The notes beneath the pieces are model-generated. The model did no database searches. It was not told where the DNA came from and saw only the letters and a program-made list of their open reading frames with translations. Position numbers and translations under genes: made by a program. Shown one piece after another: positions 1-9,271 of a stretch of DNA of 64,000 nt. The stretch's first letter is position 1, and each line of letters starts with the position of its first letter. This DNA is from Nitrosopumilus sp. (GTDB lineage Archaea > Thermoproteota > Nitrososphaeria > Nitrososphaerales > Nitrosopumilaceae), in the NCBI GenBank assembly GCA_965205675.1, contig OZ242186.1:1600001-1664000 (forward strand). The letters run 5' to 3'.

Positions 1-330
1 CCAAGCAAATGCCCTAGGTAGAACTGACTCTAACCAGTTTGAAGCTACGGTTGGCACGTCACTTGCATCTAGTTCATATGCTCTGGTATCTAGAATTTCT
101 TGTAACACATCACCATCACATGTGTCTTGATATTTACAATGTGCAATGTTTACGATGACATTCCAGTATTTAGGATCTTGTGCAAACAATTCATCGGGAA
201 CATTGCCTTGTTCTGCCAATCGATTAAAGTTTTCAGCAATTTGTTCGGTAAATCTTGCAAATTCTAGGCCTGTGATATTTTCAAGTTTCTGGTCAATTTC
301 AGATATTGTATCCGGTGATCTGTATTGTAT
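1..330 (-). pseudogene. 5'-truncated ORF of a probable secreted acidic protein; runs off the window start
   Basis: Open minus frame read manually: IQYRSPDTISEIDQKLENITGLEFARFTEQIAENFNRLAEQGNVPDELFAQDPKYWNVIVNIAHCKYQDTCDGDVLQEILDTRAYELDASDVPTVASNWLESVLPRAFAW. The 5' end abuts a MITE. Confidence 0.55.
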
Positions 331-463
331 AGCGACGATCAAAAGTTCGTGAACTAAATAATTTCAAAAAACTAGAAATCAGTTGATCTTGCCTATAGGT
401 AAATACGAATAAACAAATTGAAACACCTAAAAAATAACCCACGAACTTATGCTTCTCGCTATA
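328..463. mobile_element. ~136-bp MITE, IS630/Tc1-like, TA-flanked
   Basis: Terminal inverted repeats TATAGCGACGATCAAAAGTTCGTG / CACGAACTTATGCTTCTCGCTATA (20/24 match). The left end recurs exactly, inverted, at 19913-19939. Confidence 0.7.
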
Positions 464-533
464 TATCTAACCAACTATGGAATTTTCTGAGCGGTTCACT
501 AGAATTATAAAAACCATGCAAGAAATTTCCGTT

Positions 534-621
534 GCGGACGTTGCCCAGCCTGGCCAAAGGCGCTAGCTTGAGGGGCTAGTCTCTCAGGAGTACGTGGGTT
601 CAAATCCCATCGTCCGCACCA
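534..621 (+). tRNA. tRNA-Leu(GAG), CCA encoded
   Basis: GCGGACG/CGTCCGC acceptor stem, CTAGC-TTGAGGG-GCTAG anticodon arm, long variable arm, TTCAAAT T-loop. Confidence 0.97.
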
Positions 622-633
622 TAGATCTTTAAT

Positions 634-1257
634 CTATTTCTCTAATTTTTGTAAAATTTTGATTAACTCAGTTCTTCTTTTTTCTTCAGTAATTACAGAT
701 CTAACATCATCTACTAGAATTCTATTTACATCGATTTTCCTTCTTGCCTCTTTTACAACTTTGTCATACATTGAAAAAGTGTAAAGTTGAAGATACAAGT
801 TTTCCATTATTTCAAAAATCCTCGCTGCCTCATCAATTTTATCCATTCTAATTTTATCAAATACCTGTCTTTTCAACTCACCAACACAATCAAGTAATCC
901 TAAAACATATGATTCTGGCATTACTGCCAATTTTTTATCTGATGGAATTTCTTTTTTCTCTACAATTGCAATTAAACATGCAGCCTCTACAAATTCTTGT
1001 TCAGGTGTAATTAGATATCTTCTTAATCCACCTATTGCTTTTTTCTTATATTTTTTTAATAATGTCTCTGCTTGTTTTAGATTATTTTTTCCAGTTATTA
1101 GATCTCCTTTGTGAACCGCAATAATTGATTTACTGCAGAGGATTATTATTTCTCTTGTGTTTTTTAATAAAAATTCTCTAGAGTCTTGAGTAGTTCCTAA
1201 ATCTTTTGCAATTTTACTTAAGGATGGTTTTACATTTTTTAATGTCATGTTTACCAA
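634..1257 (-). CDS. translin/TRAX family RNA-binding protein
   Basis: Helical protein with 'QEFVEA' and 'YVLGLLDCVGELKR' translin motifs. Confidence 0.85.
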   Translation of the reverse strand: MVNMTLKNVKPSLSKIAKDLGTTQDSREFLLKNTREIIILCSKSIIAVHKGDLITGKNNLKQAETLLKKYKKKAIGGLRRYLITPEQEFVEAACLIAIVEKKEIPSDKKLAVMPESYVLGLLDCVGELKRQVFDKIRMDKIDEAARIFEIMENLYLQLYTFSMYDKVVKEARRKIDVNRILVDDVRSVITEEKRRTELIKILQKLEK

Positions 1258-1371
1258 TGTTTTGAAACTAGGATAAAGTCGTTTGCTAAACAGGCTTTTG
1301 ATATCAAATTCCCATTTGGAGATGGATAATACGCTTTAGTTCATAATTCTTACATAATGCCAATATTGAAG

Positions 1372-1578
1372 TTATGGAAATCTTCCTTCATCGATTAATT
1401 CTTTGTATACTGTTGATTCAATACGGCTTTGTGCTGAGCTACATTTACTACACATGCCTGTTTCATCAGGATTTTCTTTAATTTTCTTCTCACATTCTAC
1501 ACATTTGTTAATGCCTTTTTTGAACCCCATACCTCTGATGGGATAATTGTTATTCATAAAACATTCCCTTTTAGACAT
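1372..1578 (-). CDS. small zinc-ribbon hypothetical protein
   Basis: CVEC...CSKC pair in a 68-aa ORF. Confidence 0.55.
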   Translation of the reverse strand: MSKRECFMNNNYPIRGMGFKKGINKCVECEKKIKENPDETGMCSKCSSAQSRIESTVYKELIDEGRFP

Positions 1579-1626
1579 AGTTCATACTTTCAAAGCTCTT
1601 ATTTTGGATATAATTTCATAAAAGAT

Positions 1627-2274
1627 ATGAGAATTACTGTTGATCAAATGTACAATATTGAAAATAAAGGCCATGACATGGGATTTTTGAAAAAATTTAT
1701 GATGGAAAATGCAGGAGCTGCAGCAGTTAGACGATTACTTGAAAAAATTGGCAATGTGGAATCAAAAAATATTTTGATTTTTGTAGGATTGGGTAACAAT
1801 GGAGGTGATGGTTTAGTAATGGCAAGACATCTGGCAGGCTATACTGCCAAAGTTACAGTAATGCTTCTTGGCAATCCTGATAAAATAAAAACTGAGGAAA
1901 GTAATTGGAATTGGTCAATTTTAGAAAAAATGCCGTCTGTGAAATTATTGAGTGGTGATTCTTTGAAATTTGATTTTAATCCTGATGTGATAATTGATGG
2001 CATTTTAGGTACTGGAATTTCTGGAGAGATTAGAGAACCATATGCATCTGCAATAGACTATATCAATAAAACAGATTGTTACAAATTTGCAGTGGACGTT
2101 CCATCGGGATTAGATCCACAAACGGGAGCAACAGCAAATATTTACACAAAATGTAACATGACAGTTACTTTTCACAAAATGAAAGAAGGCATTCCTAAGC
2201 GTAAAGATTTGACTGGGGAATTGTTTGCAGAAAAAATTGGAATTCCCCCAGAAGCTGAAGAGGGCATATTATGA
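1627..2274 (+). CDS. nnrE: NAD(P)H-hydrate epimerase (YjeF N-terminal domain)
   Basis: MENAG, GLGNNGGDG, DGILGTG and DVPSG motifs. Confidence 0.92.
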   Translation: MRITVDQMYNIENKGHDMGFLKKFMMENAGAAAVRRLLEKIGNVESKNILIFVGLGNNGGDGLVMARHLAGYTAKVTVMLLGNPDKIKTEESNWNWSILEKMPSVKLLSGDSLKFDFNPDVIIDGILGTGISGEIREPYASAIDYINKTDCYKFAVDVPSGLDPQTGATANIYTKCNMTVTFHKMKEGIPKRKDLTGELFAEKIGIPPEAEEGIL

Positions 2275-2879
2275 GAGTACATCAAATTCAAGTCGGGAAC
2301 ATGCAGAATTTTTCATATCTTGTTGAGGATGAAGATACTAGCCAAACAATCATAATTGATCCTTCTTGGGATTTGATAGAATTAGAAATGATCATTAAAG
2401 AAAATAACTTGAAAATCAAATACATTGTAAACACACACCATCATTTCGATCATACTCTGGGAAATGATGAAATGGTAAAATCTACCAAAGCCCCCATAAT
2501 CCAACATGAAAATTCAGAATTAAAGCATGATATCACAGTAAAAAATGGTGATTTCATTGAATTTGGAAATTCAAAATTAAAAGTGCTTCACACTCCTGGG
2601 CATTCTCAAGATAGCATTTGTCTTGTAGGCGATGGAAAAATTTTTTCTGGTGATACATTATTTGTTGGAAATTGTGGTAGAATTGATTTGCCTGGAGGTT
2701 CTGCAAAAGATCTCTATCATAGTCTATTTGATATTTTGTATAATTTAGATGAAAATTTAGTCATGTATTCAGGCCATAATTATGGATCTTCTAGGATTTC
2801 TACTCTGGCACAAGAAAAAATTACTAACCATGTAATGCAAAAACGGACTGAACAAGAGTTTCTTGACATGATGGGTTAG
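2271..2879 (+). CDS. MBL-fold metallo-hydrolase (glyoxalase II-like)
   Basis: THHHFDH, HTPGHS and FSGDTLF motifs. Confidence 0.9.
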   Translation: MRVHQIQVGNMQNFSYLVEDEDTSQTIIIDPSWDLIELEMIIKENNLKIKYIVNTHHHFDHTLGNDEMVKSTKAPIIQHENSELKHDITVKNGDFIEFGNSKLKVLHTPGHSQDSICLVGDGKIFSGDTLFVGNCGRIDLPGGSAKDLYHSLFDILYNLDENLVMYSGHNYGSSRISTLAQEKITNHVMQKRTEQEFLDMMG

Positions 2880-3952
2880 TGATTCTGATGGAAAATTTTG
2901 AATTATTTGGAAATAAAGATCAAGGCAAAAACTTTCTTGAATCTATAAAATCTGGAAAATTTCTTTTTTCATTTGTCATCTCTTATACTGAAACATGCGA
3001 AATCCCTGGAATTACTTTTGCAGGCATAGATAGGGATTCAATTCAGTTTACTCCTCCTGCAGATGCTGAATATCTTCATTATGGATATTGTAAAACAATT
3101 GATAAAATTCCAATGACCCCTGACGGTAAGCCAACTCCCGGATTACTTACTAAAGCGGCATTGGAATCTGCCAGTATTCCTCATTTAACAATAAATGCAG
3201 GTAGTAAAATCCATCCACAACTCCCATTCATGGATACAGGTATGACGTTTGGAAAAAATATTTCAGTTCAAGACGCTATGACTGATACTCAAGTATCTCA
3301 CGCTGTAGATTATGGAAGAATTGTTGGTAGAAGTATGGCATCACTTACTGATTGTTTAGTAATTGGTGAAAGTATTCCTGGAGGTACTACTACTGCGCTA
3401 GCTGTTTTGAAAGCATTAGGTTTTAATGCTAAAGTTAGTTCAAGCATTCCTGATAATCCAATTGAATTAAAAAATCAAATTGCTAAATCGGCAATAGAAA
3501 GAATAGACTCTGATCATCCATACAGTATTGTAGCAAAAGTTGGTGATCCTATGATTCCTTTTGTGGCAGGAATGTTAAGTTCAGCATCTAGTGTATCAAA
3601 TGTCATGTTAGCTGGCGGAACACAGATGGCAGCTGTTTTGGCATTTGCATCCAAAATTGGATTTAATAAAGAAAATACTGCAATAGGAACAACTTCTTAC
3701 ATCACTGATGATAGCAGTGCAAATTTCACTAGCATTATAAAAGAAATTACGGATATCCCTGTAATTTCGGTAAATCCGGGATTACAAAATTCGCGTTATT
3801 CTGGTTTGAAGGCATTTTCTGAAGGATTTGCAAAAGAAGGAGTGGGAGCTGGTGGAAGTATTATTTCTTCAATGATTAAAACTGGAAATAATTCTACAAA
3901 ATTTTTAGATCTCGTGGAGAAAGAGTATCATAGATTATTTACTTCACTGTAA
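2879..3952 (+). CDS. cobT: archaeal nicotinate-nucleotide--dimethylbenzimidazole phosphoribosyltransferase
   Basis: TPPADAE, GESIPGGTTTA, LAGGTQM and KEGVGAGG motifs. Confidence 0.88.
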   Translation: MILMENFELFGNKDQGKNFLESIKSGKFLFSFVISYTETCEIPGITFAGIDRDSIQFTPPADAEYLHYGYCKTIDKIPMTPDGKPTPGLLTKAALESASIPHLTINAGSKIHPQLPFMDTGMTFGKNISVQDAMTDTQVSHAVDYGRIVGRSMASLTDCLVIGESIPGGTTTALAVLKALGFNAKVSSSIPDNPIELKNQIAKSAIERIDSDHPYSIVAKVGDPMIPFVAGMLSSASSVSNVMLAGGTQMAAVLAFASKIGFNKENTAIGTTSYITDDSSANFTSIIKEITDIPVISVNPGLQNSRYSGLKAFSEGFAKEGVGAGGSIISSMIKTGNNSTKFLDLVEKEYHRLFTSL

Positions 3953-5699
3953 CTGATTTTGCAAGATTTCTAGGATAATCCGGATCAGTATCTTTCTCAA
4001 GTGCTGCATAATATGATAATAGTTGAATTGGGATTATCGTTGAAATTGGATACAACACTTCATCTATTTTTGGAACTTGTATCCAATAATCATAAACGTT
4101 ACTTTCCATATCTGAAACTCCAATAATTTTTGCTCCACGTGCTTTAATCTCTCTTGCACTTGTAAGTGTATCAGCATACGTTGAATCATTTGGATTGATA
4201 ATTATTACGAAAACATTTGAATCCATCAATGCAAGTGGGCCGTGTTTTAATTCCCCTCCTGCAATTCCTTCGGCATGAATATATGTTAATTCTTTTAGTT
4301 TTAGTGCTGCTTCTATAGCAATAGGATAATTTATTCCTCTACCTAAAATATAAACATCTGAAATTTCTTTTAATTCTTTTGCAATCTGTTGAATTTTTGT
4401 TGGATTCTCTAATATTTTTAAAACTGATTTTGAGAAATTTTCAAAATTAATTGTTATGTTATTGTTACTTAATTTTTTGACAATTTTATATAATATTACG
4501 AGTTGTGATGTAAAACTTTTTGTTGCAGCTACTCCAATTTCAGGTCCACAATTCATTCCAATTGCTACATCTGCTTCACGTGCAAGCGATGATGTCATTA
4601 AATTAACAATTGCAATAATTTTACAATTTGCTTCTTTGCCAATTTTTACTGTATCTAAGACGTCTGCACTTTCTCCACTTTGAGATATTGCAATTATGAC
4701 GGAATTTTCCTCAATACTGTCTGGTGCAAATTGGAGTTCACTTGACATAACTGGATCGACTTTGACTTTGACATATTTTGATAAAATCTGTTTTGCGATA
4801 AGTGCAGAATTGTAACTGGTTCCACTTCCAGTTACATAGATATTTTTTGCATGTTTGATATAATCTGCAGTTGTTTCAATTGCTTCTTTAGTTTTTTCTC
4901 CTGCTTTCAATATAGTTTCATGTTGCTCGTAAATTTCTTTTAATGTAAAATGGGCATAATCTCCTTTGTATGCATCACCAAATTCTTTAGATACTTTTGT
5001 GATTCCATATTTTGCATGTTCTCCTTGAAAATCTAAAATTTGAAATTTATTTTTATCTAATATCACAAAATTTCCATTTTCTAAATAAATTGCATTATCT
5101 GTAAACTCGATGAATCCTAAAACATCGCTTGACAAAAAGAAATCATTTTGACCGACTCCTATGATTAGCGGCTCATGAAATCTTGCAGCTGCTAGTTGGC
5201 CATTTTCAAATATTGCAACAAATGCATAATGCCCTTTAATTTCTGAGACCGTTTTCAAAATTGTTTCTTTAACATCTTTTGTTTTTTCATAATGTTTTTG
5301 AAGCAAGTTTGCAATAATTTCACTATCAGTTTCACTTTTGAAATCATATCCTTTATCTTGTAATTGTTTTTTTAATTCTTCAAAATTTTCTATTATTCCA
5401 TTATGTACTATGGCAATTTTTCCGGAATTGCTTGGATGTGGATGTGCATTAAAATCAGTTACTTTTCCATGAGTTGCCCATCTTGTGTGTCCAATACCGA
5501 TTTTCCCTGGAAGGGAATCAAGTTGAATTTTTGAATTGACGTCGTCAACTTTCCCAATCCCTTTTTTTAATTCAATTCGATGATCAGATTCTGTTGCAAT
5601 TCCCACACTATCATATCCACGATATTCCATTCTTTTTAGCCCCCTGACAATTATAGGTGCTGCAATTTCATTCCCACAATATCCAATAATCGAACACAT
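3939..5699 (-). CDS. glmS: glutamine--fructose-6-phosphate aminotransferase
   Basis: N-terminal Cys, EYRGYDS, GHTRWATHG, ELKHGP, PRNLAKSVTV. Confidence 0.97.
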   Translation of the reverse strand: MCSIIGYCGNEIAAPIIVRGLKRMEYRGYDSVGIATESDHRIELKKGIGKVDDVNSKIQLDSLPGKIGIGHTRWATHGKVTDFNAHPHPSNSGKIAIVHNGIIENFEELKKQLQDKGYDFKSETDSEIIANLLQKHYEKTKDVKETILKTVSEIKGHYAFVAIFENGQLAAARFHEPLIIGVGQNDFFLSSDVLGFIEFTDNAIYLENGNFVILDKNKFQILDFQGEHAKYGITKVSKEFGDAYKGDYAHFTLKEIYEQHETILKAGEKTKEAIETTADYIKHAKNIYVTGSGTSYNSALIAKQILSKYVKVKVDPVMSSELQFAPDSIEENSVIIAISQSGESADVLDTVKIGKEANCKIIAIVNLMTSSLAREADVAIGMNCGPEIGVAATKSFTSQLVILYKIVKKLSNNNITINFENFSKSVLKILENPTKIQQIAKELKEISDVYILGRGINYPIAIEAALKLKELTYIHAEGIAGGELKHGPLALMDSNVFVIIINPNDSTYADTLTSAREIKARGAKIIGVSDMESNVYDYWIQVPKIDEVLYPISTIIPIQLLSYYAALEKDTDPDYPRNLAKSVTVK

Positions 5700-5739
5700 T
5701 ATGATCTTCTTTAATAATTGGGGTTATTTACGGATAAGC

Positions 5740-6342
5740 CTATTTTTTTGATTGTTCAGTTGAAGAATTTTCATTTTTTGGTGCTTCATCCAGAGTATCT
5801 TCAGTTGTTTCAGCAGTTTCTGTTATTGGATCTTCTCTCTTTGTCTTCTCTAATACTTGAGGGATTTTTGATTCTGGTGCAAAATGAACGCTTTGTTCTT
5901 CTTCAACTGTTACTATATACGATGGAATGTTTACTTTCCTTTCGCCAATCATTATGTGACCATGAATTACTGCTTGTCTTGCTTGATATGGTGTTTTAAA
6001 TCCAAGTTTCTTTGTAACAATAGTTTGTAATCTTCTTGAAAGTAAATCAGTTGCATTTAAATTTAACACATCATCTAATGTTGCATCATCACTTACCAAT
6101 CCAATTCTTGTAAGAGATTTCATCAAGATTGGCTCTTTTTCTGCTCTAATTTCTTGTCTTAGTGCAAGCAATGATCTAGCTTGATGCCTTACACGCGATA
6201 ATTCTGTATGGGCTTTCCATAACTCTCTTTTAGTTCTTAATCCAAATGTTCCTATAGTTTTCAACTCACCCATTTTTAATTCATAATTTAGTGGTCTTTT
6301 TGGTTTTCTCCATACTTTACGTGGATATTTTGGATCTCCCAT
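5740..6342 (-). CDS. rps4: 30S ribosomal protein uS4
   Basis: MGDPK start, RRLQT and QARQAVIHGHI motifs. Confidence 0.97.
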   Translation of the reverse strand: MGDPKYPRKVWRKPKRPLNYELKMGELKTIGTFGLRTKRELWKAHTELSRVRHQARSLLALRQEIRAEKEPILMKSLTRIGLVSDDATLDDVLNLNATDLLSRRLQTIVTKKLGFKTPYQARQAVIHGHIMIGERKVNIPSYIVTVEEEQSVHFAPESKIPQVLEKTKREDPITETAETTEDTLDEAPKNENSSTEQSKK

Positions 6343-6351
6343 TCAAATCAC

Positions 6352-6909
6352 TTATTCTTTTTTCTCCACTACTGGAGTTTCAGCAGGAGGAGGGACTGCA
6401 CCTTCTGCAGGAGCTGCTACGGCAGGGGCACCTGCACCTCCTTTCTTAACGGGAGCTGCCAATCCACCTTTAGCTACGCCGACTGCTCCTCCTTTTCTAC
6501 CTGATGTTCTAGTTCTTTGTCCTCTAACTTTAAGACCGCTTAGATGACGATAACCTCTCCAACTTGCAGTAACTCTTTCTCGTTCAATATCGTTTCTTAA
6601 TGTAAATGGAATATCTGATGTTAGTAAATGTAAATCTGCACCAGTTTCAATATCTTTTCTTCTGTTAAGGAACCATGGTGGAAAATTACTTTCAATTGGA
6701 TCTGTGATTAATTTTTCAATTGCTTTGACATTTTCATCTGTGAGATTACCGATGTTGGAATTTGGATTAATTTTCAAAGTATCAAGAATCGCAGTTGCAA
6801 AATTAAAGCCTAGGCCTTTGATTTGGGTTAATCCAATCACAACTTTTTTCTCCCCTTTAATGTCATTTCCGACAATTCTAACAATATGTCTATATTCTTG
6901 TGCGCTCAA
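6352..6909 (-). CDS. rps13: 30S ribosomal protein uS13
   Basis: [22 protein letters not shown]. Confidence 0.97.
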   Translation of the reverse strand: MSAQEYRHIVRIVGNDIKGEKKVVIGLTQIKGLGFNFATAILDTLKINPNSNIGNLTDENVKAIEKLITDPIESNFPPWFLNRRKDIETGADLHLLTSDIPFTLRNDIERERVTASWRGYRHLSGLKVRGQRTRTSGRKGGAVGVAKGGLAAPVKKGGAGAPAVAAPAEGAVPPPAETPVVEKKE

Positions 6910-7034
6910 GTATTCAAAAATTCAAAGAATCCCAGATAAAAACCATGCTAGGCATCAAATTAGAGGGTTTTTAAAATATGTTGCAATTCTAGGTTTCAAG
7001 ATCGTACTTGGAGTTCATATTTTGTTGTTCTGAA

Positions 7035-7187
7035 TTATCTATAGTCTTCATCACTTGTCCAGTCATTGCCCTGAACATTCCATTGGTTACATTTACAGCA
7101 TTTTTTGATACCTCGCTGAGCGTCAATATCTACACAAAAACAATGTACACCTTTACCTGATAGATCCTTACTGCAAAGTTTTTGCAT
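7035..7187 (-). CDS. 50-aa Cys-rich small protein (below ORF-track cutoff)
   Basis: Manual translation MQKLCSKDLSGKGVHCFCVDIDAQRGIKKCCKCNQWNVQGNDWTSDEDYR*. Confidence 0.6.
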   Translation of the reverse strand: MQKLCSKDLSGKGVHCFCVDIDAQRGIKKCCKCNQWNVQGNDWTSDEDYR

Positions 7188-7271
7188 GTTTTTACTGGAT
7201 AATTTTTCTTAATTATCTTATTGGAATGATGTATTCAAAAAGTTATAACTTTCTAAAATCTGTATCTTATC

Positions 7272-7583
7272 ATGAGTGATACATATGATCGAGAAAAAAT
7301 TGTAAATTGTATGTTTGATCCTATAACTTCATCTATTTTAGCAGAATTAGAAGACGGTGAAAAAGAATGCTTATTTTTGGCCAAGCAATCAAATATTTTG
7401 GAATCTGAGGTTTTAGAACGATTATCTTATTTGATTGAGCATGGATTTATTTCTAAAAATTGTAACGATCGAAAATGCGTACTTGTAGCAAATTCTGATA
7501 AACTTACAGGCATTATAGAAGATGATGATAATTTTGATGCTGCTGTAAGTGGATTAGAAAAAATGGATAGTTATCTAAACTAG
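7272..7583 (+). CDS. ArsR-like winged-helix protein
   Basis: 'MFDPITSSILAEL...VLERLSYLIEHGFI' wHTH pattern. Confidence 0.65.
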   Translation: MSDTYDREKIVNCMFDPITSSILAELEDGEKECLFLAKQSNILESEVLERLSYLIEHGFISKNCNDRKCVLVANSDKLTGIIEDDDNFDAAVSGLEKMDSYLN

Positions 7584-8093
7584 TTTTTTTCTATTTCGGA
7601 TTTCATATATTCCGCTAACAAGTAGTCCCATCATTCCAACAACAATGATGACAAATGAAATAATGGAAAGAATGAATTTTTTATCTGTATCTGGAAGAGG
7701 GCCAATTGCACCTGTCACATAAATTTCTTCATTTGTAGTGCTTTGAATTACTAATTGATATGTTCCAGATTCAAATATTTCAAATTCTTTTTCAATGAAT
7801 TGTTCATTGATATCTTGGGAAATAATTTCGATGTTTGTTGGGTCTATTATTTTTGCAGATATTGTATTTTTTTCAAACTCCATTATTTGAACTGCAAAAA
7901 TACCTCTTGGTGTTTCTTCTTTATGCATATCTACTGAGACGGTAACTGTTTCACTTGTTGTTACTTTTCCATTTCCTTGTTTAATTCCCTCCAATGTAAC
8001 TTGATTTTCAATTACTGATGTTATTAATCCTCCCACAATTAATATTCCAAAAATTACAATTAACAATCCTGATTTTTGCATAGATTTAGGCAT
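7575..8093 (-). CDS. membrane protein with N- and C-terminal TM helices and an extracellular beta domain
   Basis: Hydrophobic termini flanking a beta-rich core. Confidence 0.7.
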   Translation of the reverse strand: MPKSMQKSGLLIVIFGILIVGGLITSVIENQVTLEGIKQGNGKVTTSETVTVSVDMHKEETPRGIFAVQIMEFEKNTISAKIIDPTNIEIISQDINEQFIEKEFEIFESGTYQLVIQSTTNEEIYVTGAIGPLPDTDKKFILSIISFVIIVVGMMGLLVSGIYEIRNRKKLV

Positions 8094-8101
8094 AATTCGC
8101 T

Positions 8102-8191
8102 TTAGTTTAAACCTAATTTTTCAAAATTTATTAGCCTTGTATAACAAAGTTAGATTAGGCTAAAAAAGTTAGCTCAGGGTAACTTTAAATA
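8102..8191 (+). promoter_or_regulatory. array of DtxR/MntR-like TTAG-N6/7-NTAA boxes followed by a TATA box
   Basis: TTAG starts at 8131, 8150 and 8169 (19-bp period) plus one at 8102; TTTAAATA at 8184. Confidence 0.55.
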
Positions 8192-8197
8192 AAGATT

Positions 8198-9271
8198 TTG
8201 GATTTTTTGGATATCTTGCAAATTGGACGATCAATTATTATGATTTCATTACTTGTAATAATAATTAGTTTTTCAACAATTGTGTTTTTTCCCATATCTG
8301 ATGCTCAATCCAAATCTAAAACATTTGTAACTCATTCAGGTGCGGTAATCCAAACATCTGGTGACGTTTTAGATCCATTATACACTGTATCTACAGTTGA
8401 GTTTGATCCAATGAAATATCTGAGAGATTTCAACTATGGACGAATTTCTCAAACACCTGATGATAAAACTATTAGAGAATTTACGATAGTTGCTGAAGAC
8501 GATAAAATTATGGAGGTTTCCCCTGGTGTATTTTATAACGTTTGGACTTTTAATGGAACTGTTCCAGGTCCAACTATTAGAGCAACAGAAGGAGACTTGC
8601 TTCGAATACATTTCATCAATAATGGCTCTAAAGAACACACAATACATTTCCATGGGATTCATCCTGCGGGAATGGATGGCGTATTTGAACCTGTAGGAGG
8701 CAATGGTGGACAATTCATATATGAATTTGAAGCTGGACCTGTTGGCGTACATCCCTATCACTGTCACGTTATGCCTCTTGAGGAACACATAGTTCATGGT
8801 CTTTATGGTGTTTTCATAGTTGATCCAAAAGAAGATCGTCCACCTGCTGATGAAATGGTTATGGTGTTAAATGGATTGGATACTGATTTTGATGCTGAAA
8901 ATAATTTTTATGCTGTAAACACTATTCCATTTTATTATCAACACCATCCAATTCAGATCAACACTAATGAGTTAATCCGAGTTTATGTTGTTAATATGGT
9001 TGAATTTGATCCTATCAATAATCTACACCTACATGGAAATTTATACAAATACTATCCTACCGGAACGGATCTTGTACCTTCTTTTTACACCGATATGATC
9101 ACTTTATCTCAAACTGAGCGTGGAATAATGGAATTTCAATATGATTTTCCAGGAAAATACCTTTTTCATGCTCATAAAGTTGAATTCTCTGAAAAAGGTT
9201 GGGTTGGCATCTTTCTTGTAAATGATTCAGATGAACAAAATATTCCGGTACTAGATTATGGAACTTCGTGA
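8198..9271 (+). CDS. two-domain multicopper oxidase (T1 site in domain 1, type C-like); true start probably TTG 8216
   Basis: HTIHFHG, YHCH...HIVHGL in domain 1; NLHLHG and FHAH (no T1 Cys) in domain 2; N-terminal signal/anchor. Confidence 0.9.
   Translation: MDFLDILQIGRSIIMISLLVIIISFSTIVFFPISDAQSKSKTFVTHSGAVIQTSGDVLDPLYTVSTVEFDPMKYLRDFNYGRISQTPDDKTIREFTIVAEDDKIMEVSPGVFYNVWTFNGTVPGPTIRATEGDLLRIHFINNGSKEHTIHFHGIHPAGMDGVFEPVGGNGGQFIYEFEAGPVGVHPYHCHVMPLEEHIVHGLYGVFIVDPKEDRPPADEMVMVLNGLDTDFDAENNFYAVNTIPFYYQHHPIQINTNELIRVYVVNMVEFDPINNLHLHGNLYKYYPTGTDLVPSFYTDMITLSQTERGIMEFQYDFPGKYLFHAHKVEFSEKGWVGIFLVNDSDEQNIPVLDYGTS

Noticed and set aside
146-352. + strand 68-aa ORF
   Set aside because: Shadow of the longer open minus-strand frame.
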